IMG/VR virus record: IMGVR_UViG_3300028833_003520
Source: a virus
Taxonomy: Duplodnaviria; Caudoviricetes
Length of the DNA: 64,000 nt
Strand: one strand, 5' to 3'
The notes beneath the pieces were generated by a model, which was not told where the DNA came from, did not search any database, and saw only the letters and a program-made list of their open reading frames with translations. The translations under genes and the position numbers were made by a program. Positions 57,272-64,000 of this stretch are shown here, piece by piece (positions within the stretch are counted from its first letter, which is position 1; the number at the start of each line of letters is the position of its first letter).

Positions 57272-57961
57272 ATGATTAAATGGCGAAGACAAGAAGTTGA
57301 TTGCCACGAGCAACGAAGTAATTCGGTCACAACAACTATTTATAAGTTTCACTTAGGTTCAACGGCTGCTAAAGCCGTTGGTGCTTATTGTGACGAAGAA
57401 AATCATCAGTATGGTGATTTGACTTATATTACTTCGAATAGTCCTGAGATACAGTCCAACATATTCGTAGATATGTCTGTAAACGATATTCTGGATAATT
57501 TTAGCGATAATGAGAAAATGATAGATACTATCATTTACGACCAGAATAACGATTACTGTATTAGTAAGGAAACGAAGACAGGCGATAGAATGATAAAAGT
57601 GCCGTTTTCTTATTTACCTTCTGACCAATGTTATTTGGCTCATAATATCGTTTTAGCAAATATGCGTGTTTGCTTTGGCGATAGTTTTAAGTTAGATGAT
57701 AGAGTACATAACATTGCAGTTGAAAGAAGCAGTGACAAGGATTGTAGTAAAATGAATATCTCTACAAACGGTTACTGTTGGATTTCAGGTTCTCCCAGTG
57801 ATGGTAATAATTATCATAGGTATGTTGACGCATATCGTGATAACGATGAAGGAAGACATAACCTACGAGACTTTTATGATAATACACCGTCAAAGTTTAG
57901 GCGTATGCCAAGTGTTCCGATAGATAACTCGAATGTATTCCAGGCACAGGTTGGTGGTTGA
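57272..57961 (+). CDS. Hypothetical protein with RRMP C-terminal tag
   Basis: ORF coupled to the upstream gene; start at 57260 or 57272. Confidence 0.75.
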   Translation: MIKWRRQEVDCHEQRSNSVTTTIYKFHLGSTAAKAVGAYCDEENHQYGDLTYITSNSPEIQSNIFVDMSVNDILDNFSDNEKMIDTIIYDQNNDYCISKETKTGDRMIKVPFSYLPSDQCYLAHNIVLANMRVCFGDSFKLDDRVHNIAVERSSDKDCSKMNISTNGYCWISGSPSDGNNYHRYVDAYRDNDEGRHNLRDFYDNTPSKFRRMPSVPIDNSNVFQAQVGG

Positions 57962-57962
57962 T

Positions 57963-58589
57963 ATGGCTATTAAACAGTATGATGGTCAGTTAGGTAAGTT
58001 TGAGTACGATGATACAGAGTTTAAGCATCTTATTTTCAGAGACGGACGTAAGGAGTGCCTGATGTATATCGGCAATGAGTCAGACGGCTCGAAAATTAAA
58101 ATACCACAAGGAATCAAGGATTGTTCCTTTATGTTTGATAGGTGTGAATCGTTAGAGACACCACCTGTGATTCCTGAAGGTGTAGAAGATTGCAGTGTTA
58201 TGTTTTCTGATTGCAGAAACTTAGAAGTTCCACCGATTATACCTTCATCAGTAAAGAAATGCGATGCAATGTTTTACTATGCAAGGTGTATGCGTGAATC
58301 ACCTGTAATTCCTGAAGGTGTAGAAGATTGTACCTTGATGTTTCAGGGTTGTTATAATATGCGTTCGGCTCCCGTAATACCTCATAGCGTTAAGGACACG
58401 ACTTGTATGTTTTGCGTATGCTCACGTAAGGTAAGCGAAGCAGGGGAGTGGAATATTGAGCACAGAGGTCAGTCTTATGAGAGCGTTCAGAAACGCCATA
58501 GGGATGCCGAAAACAAACTCAAAGAGTTTGAGGAAAAAGAAGAATCAAGCACGAAATCTCGCCGAGGTTTTCATCTCCCATTCTTTTGA
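57963..58589 (+). CDS. Short BspA-like LRR protein lacking the canonical tag
   Basis: MAIKQYDGQLGKFEYDD N-cap shared with 55989 and 38185; four to five repeats. Confidence 0.8.
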   Translation: MAIKQYDGQLGKFEYDDTEFKHLIFRDGRKECLMYIGNESDGSKIKIPQGIKDCSFMFDRCESLETPPVIPEGVEDCSVMFSDCRNLEVPPIIPSSVKKCDAMFYYARCMRESPVIPEGVEDCTLMFQGCYNMRSAPVIPHSVKDTTCMFCVCSRKVSEAGEWNIEHRGQSYESVQKRHRDAENKLKEFEEKEESSTKSRRGFHLPFF

Positions 58590-58592
58590 GAA

Positions 58593-58621
58593 TTGACTTT
58601 CTCCATATATGGAGTTAGAAT
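58593..58621 (+). promoter_or_regulatory. Cargo-operon promoter, copy 3
   Basis: TTGACT-tt-CTCCATATATGGAG (perfect 14-bp palindrome)-t-TAGAAT. Confidence 0.85.
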
Positions 58622-58657
58622 AACTTTAGATATTGATAGAAAGGAAAGTAGTGGGTT

Positions 58658-60163
58658 ATGGCAGATATAGATGAAAAGAATTATCAACAGCATCATTATG
58701 ATGATTATGCCAAGTTAAATGGGTTCTACAATGATGAGGAGTACAATAATTCTTACATTAACGGACTTTCTACGAAGTATGTTAAGGATTATAAGAATTA
58801 TAAATCAGCCCTTATTTCAGTTCCTACTGAAGTATCGTCTAATGGTAGAGCCTTAATTACATTCAAGAATTATAATGAGGCGGTCAAAGGCAAAGGTTAT
58901 GTCAATCTGAGGTTCCCTCAGAATTACGAGATTAAGACCATCTGTAAGGATGCCGATAATAAAGATGTCATTTATCATATGACGGCAGACCAGTTGAACG
59001 AGTGTCGTTCGGCTGCGAAGAATAAGACAGATGAAGTCTTAAAGTCAGTTACGTTTGACTTTGCTGATGAGAGCAAGATTAAGTGTCGATTTGATTTTGA
59101 TGATTATAGTCGTCAGTATGACCTTAAAGACCTTAATAGTGCTCTTGAGTATCTGCAGATTAGAAATTCTGCAAAGAATCTTATCACTGACGATACGATG
59201 ATTTACGCAAGAGTTAATAAAGCGTATTGCACGAAGGATTTCCAAGACAAGATGTCCTACTACTCTGGCGACAATTATTGCTTCGAATTAGGTATGCTTA
59301 AAGACACATACAATAAGGGATGTGGCTTGAATGTCAACATTCCTTTTGATGAGAAGTATAATCATTTCAATAGCGTATTAGGAACTGCGACAGACTCGCT
59401 TACATTGTCCCTGACAAATCATTATGAGAGGAGTTTACCTCGTGATGATAAGGAAGGAGATTGGACTATTACAGAGTCTCACAGCGACGTAGCCGCAGCA
59501 TACAGAATACCGTCGGTGCTGGCAACGGCTGGTGTGGGTATGCGTTTTGAAACTCGTGAAGATGCAGATATGCAGGCACGGTCTTCAATGAGTGATTTAG
59601 TGTTAGCGATGAACGATAAGGAAAAGGTAGAGCCTACCGAAACAAGTAGGTACGGAAAGATGCCTATCGAGTATTTCCTTGTTCATATCTCTGATAGAGA
59701 TAGTTATGTCTTATGTGCAGGTCCGAAGGGTGCTTCTGAAGGACTTGACGGAAGACGTTTACCGAGTGTAGGCGGAGTACCTATGTACGAAGGATTCGTT
59801 GGTATGACGAAGCGTCATTTCGGAGGTTTTGGATTAGGCGACACAGTATGTATCGCAAAGGAGAACAAAAACGGAGAAACGGCATTGGAGCCTATTGACG
59901 CAGTACCTTTGGTACAGCAGTCAGTTGTCAAAGATGAAGGTAAGTTCTTGGAATTAGAGCATTCACTTTTACAGAAATTACCGTTAGAAGTCAGACAAGC
60001 AGAGGTTGAGAATAAAAAGAAGAATGCTCCAGATACTAAACCTTGGATAAGGGAATTAAGTGTAGGAGTAGATTCTGATGTTAAATCACCAAAGCCAAAG
60101 AAGAGGCGACTGCCTGATAGAACGTATGAACCTGGTGTTGAAACACCTGAACTTGAGTTGTAA
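58658..60163 (+). CDS. Hypothetical 501-aa protein with RRLP C-terminal tag
   Basis: Monocistronic; ends KKRRLPDRTYEPGVETPELEL; also has an internal GRRLPSV. Confidence 0.8.
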   Translation: MADIDEKNYQQHHYDDYAKLNGFYNDEEYNNSYINGLSTKYVKDYKNYKSALISVPTEVSSNGRALITFKNYNEAVKGKGYVNLRFPQNYEIKTICKDADNKDVIYHMTADQLNECRSAAKNKTDEVLKSVTFDFADESKIKCRFDFDDYSRQYDLKDLNSALEYLQIRNSAKNLITDDTMIYARVNKAYCTKDFQDKMSYYSGDNYCFELGMLKDTYNKGCGLNVNIPFDEKYNHFNSVLGTATDSLTLSLTNHYERSLPRDDKEGDWTITESHSDVAAAYRIPSVLATAGVGMRFETREDADMQARSSMSDLVLAMNDKEKVEPTETSRYGKMPIEYFLVHISDRDSYVLCAGPKGASEGLDGRRLPSVGGVPMYEGFVGMTKRHFGGFGLGDTVCIAKENKNGETALEPIDAVPLVQQSVVKDEGKFLELEHSLLQKLPLEVRQAEVENKKKNAPDTKPWIRELSVGVDSDVKSPKPKKRRLPDRTYEPGVETPELEL

Positions 60164-60189
60164 TCGACATCTGAAATGAAAACATTATT

Positions 60190-60227
60190 ATCCGAGTCAC
60201 GGCGTATTTGTGGCTCGGATTTCTTTT
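60190..60227 (+). terminator. Intrinsic terminator
   Basis: ATCCGAGTCACG/TGTGGCTCGGAT then TTCTTTT. Confidence 0.75.
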
Positions 60228-60268
60228 ATGCTGTTTTCAGTAAAAGATGAGAGATTAAGGGTTTTTCG

Positions 60269-60297
60269 TTGATATATGAGTGAATTTATAGTAAAAT
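60269..60297 (+). promoter_or_regulatory. Promoter with operator half-site
   Basis: TTGATA-TATGAG...-TAAAAT, 17-bp spacer. Confidence 0.75.
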
Positions 60298-60333
60298 AAT
60301 ACGAAAGTATTCTATAAAGAAAGGCATATATCA

Positions 60334-60906
60334 ATGGCAAATTTATTAAGTTTCACACGCCCAATTAGCGAGATAACTAATATAACAGATTTCAGGTGGT
60401 TGATGTCGGGAAACTGTATAATGTTCGGTAATGGTAGGTTCGACGGATTCTGTGCTTGGTACGGTAGATTTGATGGTATGCAAGGTGATACAGAGATTAT
60501 GTGCTGTGCTCCGCAGGATATGTATTATTTTAATATCGTAGAGTATCTTGGAAGAACTGTTGGCTATCAGAAGGTCTATGAAGATATTAAGCATTTCTAT
60601 GAGCATACAAATAATAAAGTGAATGACAAGGTGGTTGATACGATTCGAAAAATTGCGGCTGAATACGGTCGTAATATGGATTTTGCGTATAATGCATTTA
60701 TGCAGATTTATTACGGTATGATAGCCGAAGAGAATAAGGAAAACCGCATACTTGGTAAAGCAATCAAACTCAATGGTTTGCATAGAGTTTTGATTGAGAA
60801 AGTTCCAATAGAGATAGCGGTAAAGGAATGTTGCGGTCAGCCTTATACCGAAATACAGAAACAATGTCAGGCTAATGGTATTAGACGGTTTGTTTCGTAT
60901 GAGTAA
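60334..60906 (+). CDS. Hypothetical protein
   Basis: RBS AGAAAGG; 190 aa. Confidence 0.75.
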   Translation: MANLLSFTRPISEITNITDFRWLMSGNCIMFGNGRFDGFCAWYGRFDGMQGDTEIMCCAPQDMYYFNIVEYLGRTVGYQKVYEDIKHFYEHTNNKVNDKVVDTIRKIAAEYGRNMDFAYNAFMQIYYGMIAEENKENRILGKAIKLNGLHRVLIEKVPIEIAVKECCGQPYTEIQKQCQANGIRRFVSYE

Positions 60907-60927
60907 AAGGAAGGAGTGTCGTAAATT

Positions 60928-61731
60928 ATGAATATGACAGAGTTTAAGGCAGTGCAGAATATGACATATCTTGAATATTGTGATTATCTGCAAGGCAAAT
61001 ATGGTATAGGTTTGGCTGATTATATGACAAAATCATATAATCCTAATCCGAAGTGTAAGAGGACGAAAGAGGGTCTTATTGCTCATCATAAGATGGAAGA
61101 TAGGGCAATTATGATAGCCGACAAGAATCAGGCTCAATTGTACCCTTTTGAATATCAGAGAAAGGAGAATATTGTTTACTGCGATTATCTTGAGCATTTA
61201 TGGCTTCATATACTAATTTGTAATTATCCTGAAATTCCTATATATGAGTTATCAGAAGAAAAATGCAAGGCATTCGTAAATCAGGATGATTGGGATTCTT
61301 TGTCAAAAGAACAGCAAGCAGAACTACGAACCGAGTTAAGTCGTAAATTGACACTTGAGAGAACTACTATGATTGAACTTGGAGAAAAACCTAATTTAGT
61401 AGGTGTAGGTGGTGTAGTTAACTTTATTGTTCCTGAGTTAAATGATTTATATTCTGGATGGCAGACAAACCAAGAATGGCGTAAAAAATGTCACGACAAG
61501 ATTATACAAGATAAGGATGTGTATCTTCAGTTAATTAGAGAGTTCATTAGTACGGCGTTGGAATATCAAAAGTCTTACTTTGTTGAAGGAAAGAATAAGG
61601 CTTATGACGTACCTAATGTTTTGTTTACAAGTTATAACAATGAGTTCGGACTTTGGGACATAAGCCGCAATGAACCACTATTTAAGGAAATTCAGTCAAT
61701 ATTTGATGAAGTTAAAAAATTATACGACTGA
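60928..61731 (+). CDS. Hypothetical protein with a possible HNH-like motif
   Basis: IAHHKME...NIVYC...EHLWLH spacing resembles a His-Me finger. Confidence 0.55.
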   Translation: MNMTEFKAVQNMTYLEYCDYLQGKYGIGLADYMTKSYNPNPKCKRTKEGLIAHHKMEDRAIMIADKNQAQLYPFEYQRKENIVYCDYLEHLWLHILICNYPEIPIYELSEEKCKAFVNQDDWDSLSKEQQAELRTELSRKLTLERTTMIELGEKPNLVGVGGVVNFIVPELNDLYSGWQTNQEWRKKCHDKIIQDKDVYLQLIREFISTALEYQKSYFVEGKNKAYDVPNVLFTSYNNEFGLWDISRNEPLFKEIQSIFDEVKKLYD

Positions 61732-61754
61732 ATATGCGAAAAGGCGGAATAAAT

Positions 61755-62420
61755 ATGGATGAATATAAGTATTGTGGCGTAGAGTTGGTTCCTGAGATTT
61801 TTTGTGAATTGATGATGCAATTATATGTAGGAGAGATTTTTAGTCGTCAAGAGTGCGTGGATAAAATAGTTAATTATCATAAGGCACACGGTGGGTTATG
61901 CAATAGAAAAAGTTATATAGATACGTTCAAGCGTTCGACACTTTTATTGCGAAGAAAAGGATATGATGTATCGAATGTTTCGTATGGTATGTGGAAAATA
62001 GGGAAGTCAGACGCTTTTATTTCGTATCGTAGTTTGCTTCGTAGCAATAGTATGAGTGAAAATGATTTTGAGGATGAAAAGTGTACAGAGATTGGTTCTG
62101 GTAATGAGACAATATATGTATATTATTATGTGACATATCGTAAATATGCTCTATTACAAGGTAAATCGGAGTGGTGCTGTAAGATTGGAATGACAACTAA
62201 AAATATTTGGGATAGGATATATTCTCAATCGGCTACTTGTTTTCCTGAAGAACCATATGTTGCTTTAATAATAAGATGCAATGATGCACGTAAGTTAGAA
62301 CAAACTATTCATAATATACTTAAAATGAAAAATAAGCAGATAGAAACGGCTCCTGGCAAGGAATGGTTTATAACATCTCCCTCAGAAGTAAAATCTATAT
62401 ATGAGAGTATTATAATGTAA
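61755..62420 (+). CDS. GIY-YIG (T5orf172-like) nuclease-domain protein
   Basis: IYVY...KIGMT...RI...LEQTIH...GKEWF. Confidence 0.75.
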   Translation: MDEYKYCGVELVPEIFCELMMQLYVGEIFSRQECVDKIVNYHKAHGGLCNRKSYIDTFKRSTLLLRRKGYDVSNVSYGMWKIGKSDAFISYRSLLRSNSMSENDFEDEKCTEIGSGNETIYVYYYVTYRKYALLQGKSEWCCKIGMTTKNIWDRIYSQSATCFPEEPYVALIIRCNDARKLEQTIHNILKMKNKQIETAPGKEWFITSPSEVKSIYESIIM

Positions 62421-62444
62421 TCGAGAAATGACAAAGCAATAAAA

Positions 62445-62479
62445 GAAAAAGCCCTCAACTTATGGTTGAGGGTTTCTTC
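62445..62479. terminator. Bidirectional terminator between convergent genes
   Basis: AAAAAGCCCTCAAC-TTATG-GTTGAGGGTTTCTT. Confidence 0.75.
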
Positions 62480-62509
62480 TGTGTATATTGGAAGTTAGCC
62501 TGGATGGGT

Positions 62510-63139
62510 TTACTTACGATTAGCGGAAGCAATAGCCTCACGCTCCATAGCAGTAGCCATTCTTGCGGCGTTTGCTTCTTTATATTCTTGCATCTTCTTG
62601 TTGTTTGCTGCTGAAGTCGTTTTTGCAGCCTTCATAGGCTGAACGTGAGCAGGTACTATGATGTCCACATTATCCTCTACTACATCAAGCGGTTCGGATT
62701 CCTTCTGACTTGCGGAGTTTGAGTCAGGACCATTTGTAATTGTGCTTGACTGTTCATTTGTCGGTATTTCTGTAACGTCTGCCTGTTCTTTTGTTGCTGT
62801 TTCTCCGCCGTTGCGAAATCGGTGAATAGCACCTGTGATGAAATCGTTAGTGAGTTTGCACTCGTTTTCAGGATAGTGCTCAACGATGTTCTTTGCGATG
62901 CCAGGCAGGTCTTCTTCTGATGTGCAGTAGCCAAGAATAGTTGCGAGAAGGTCATACCTTGAAACTTCTTGCTGTCCACACCAGAAACTCTTAATCTCTT
63001 CAAGGTATTCTTCCTCTTCAGTGTCACCAGTGGAAACAGGCATTGGTATCATATCTTTGCCGTGTCCTGCAATGATGTCAAGCAGAAGTGTTTCAACAAT
63101 TACGGAAGTAATGTCCTTGATAGTGCTGTACTTGCTCAT
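62510..63139 (-). CDS. Hypothetical protein
   Basis: RBS GAAAGGAG on the - strand; 209 aa. Confidence 0.75.
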   Translation of the reverse strand: MSKYSTIKDITSVIVETLLLDIIAGHGKDMIPMPVSTGDTEEEEYLEEIKSFWCGQQEVSRYDLLATILGYCTSEEDLPGIAKNIVEHYPENECKLTNDFITGAIHRFRNGGETATKEQADVTEIPTNEQSSTITNGPDSNSASQKESEPLDVVEDNVDIIVPAHVQPMKAAKTTSAANNKKMQEYKEANAARMATAMEREAIASANRK

Positions 63140-63389
63140 AGTGAGAGACTCCTTTCGATTTAATAAACTTGTTTTATATTCTATAAAAAGTTTGGTACGA
63201 AATCAATGAGATTTTTCTTGATATACAAGGGATTTTATAATAAACTTATCTTATGAAAAAGATGTTCATAAATCAACTTAAATATATCAAAGAAAACCCA
63301 GAAATTGCTCTCCTTTACGTCTTTTGCGTAGGAGGTTTAGCATTTTGCGGTTGGTTTTTCGTGATGTTGATTCGAGAGGGAGTGCTGTT

Positions 63390-63737
63390 ATGACTGACCA
63401 AGAAAAAGAACAGATGTTATTGGAAGAGCGATATGCGACTATAAGGAGTCAGGTAAGAGATGCCTATGTCAGTTATAATGTTTGGAAAAGGGAAAGAGCA
63501 AATAATAGTCAGTATATCGAGGAATTAAGTCATAAGAAGAATCTTTTTAATTTCATTTCCATCAATAAGCAGATAAAAGAGGCTTTGAAATGGAATGAGG
63601 AATTGGATAAAAAGATACAAGAGATTGAGGATAAGTTGAAGCCTTACGACGATGAGATGAAAGAAATTGAATCAAAGTTAGGTGGTCGGCTCGAAGCCTT
63701 ATACGGAAGAGAACAAGGCTGGTGGATTAAGAAGTAA
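63390..63737 (+). CDS. Coiled-coil hypothetical protein
   Basis: RBS GAGGGAG before MTDQEK. Confidence 0.65.
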   Translation: MTDQEKEQMLLEERYATIRSQVRDAYVSYNVWKRERANNSQYIEELSHKKNLFNFISINKQIKEALKWNEELDKKIQEIEDKLKPYDDEMKEIESKLGGRLEALYGREQGWWIKK

Positions 63738-63904
63738 TCACTTATCAGAAATGTGCATTAGAAAAAGCGTGTAACCTATTGAAACTGTTAAGGCAAATAG
63801 GATAGCGATTAGTTTCATAATGTACCTCTTGAAAAAATCGAATTTGATATATAGATAGTACCATTATTGGATAGCGATATCAATAAAAGATGTCGCTATT
63901 TTGC

Positions 63905-63933
63905 TTGATATATGAGGATTTTTGTTGTAAAAT
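63905..63933 (+). promoter_or_regulatory. Promoter with operator half-site
   Basis: TTGATA-TATGAG...-TAAAAT; a gene starts at ATG 63966 and runs off the window. Confidence 0.7.
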
Positions 63934-64000
63934 TAGTTATACTCTTGAAAGGGGTTTATGCATTTATGAGTAAGACAGAAAAATCATTTCTAACGAGGTT

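Larger units (their letters stand above)
1..64000. mobile_element. Segment of a large conjugative element (plasmid or ICE), Firmicutes-like
   Basis: Relaxase, T4SS-like block, peptidoglycan hydrolase, topoisomerase IA, RecD2, sortase and adhesin. No core housekeeping operons. One operator motif recurs across the window. Element ends are not visible. Confidence 0.85.

Noticed and set aside
55116-57961. Terminal LGE/YGE/VGG residues as part of the shared C-terminal signal
   Set aside because: These codons (e.g. TTA GGA GAA TAA) double as the Shine-Dalgarno sequence of the next coupled gene, so translational coupling explains them. The monocistronic 58658 gene ends differently. Only the R[RK][LM]P motif and its spacing are counted.
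3042-60993. Many short antisense or alternate-frame ORFs in the track (e.g. 10080..10727, 39116..39799, 51247..51699, 60346..60993)
   Set aside because: They overlap well-supported genes or structured elements and have no RBS or recognisable motifs.
1-64000. CRISPR arrays, tRNA/rRNA genes, IS elements, integrase, phage structural genes
   Set aside because: None seen. The repeats present are protein-domain repeats, operators or hairpins, and the lysozyme domain sits in a T4SS context.

Overview
The whole window looks like part of one large conjugative element (plasmid or ICE) from a low-GC Gram-positive (Firmicutes-like) host. No integrase, replication initiator or VirD4 coupling protein lies inside the window. 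Almost all genes are on the + strand. From left to right: a partial RNase HI gene missed by the ORF track; a promoter- and terminator-bounded structured ncRNA of about 330 nt; a 3517-aa sortase-anchored adhesin (subtilase, thioester, isopeptide and ester-bond domains); a small alarmone hydrolase operon; a class B sortase/lipoprotein/RHH operon; a type IA topoisomerase; a Gram-positive T4SS block (VirB3-like, Walker-less VirB4-like, VirB6-like, pilin-like, lytic enzyme, VirB8-like); a MobL-type relaxase; a RecD2 helicase; and many accessory ORFs (HNH, GIY-YIG, zinc ribbon, BspA-like LRR). The most striking unexplained pattern is a C-terminal R-[RK]-[LM]-P tag. Six mostly unrelated, signal-peptide-less proteins carry it, 19-20 aa from the end in five of them, and the relaxase has degenerate copies. 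All six lie in three operons whose near-identical promoters contain a CCATATATGG operator. This suggests a co-regulated set of T4SS-translocated cargo proteins. Also seen: an element-wide operator network, two related hairpin-chain intergenic elements (sso-like or ncRNA), a pilin-peptide paralog, and apparent broad avoidance of 4-bp palindromes. All functional calls come from reading motifs by eye; no searches were run.
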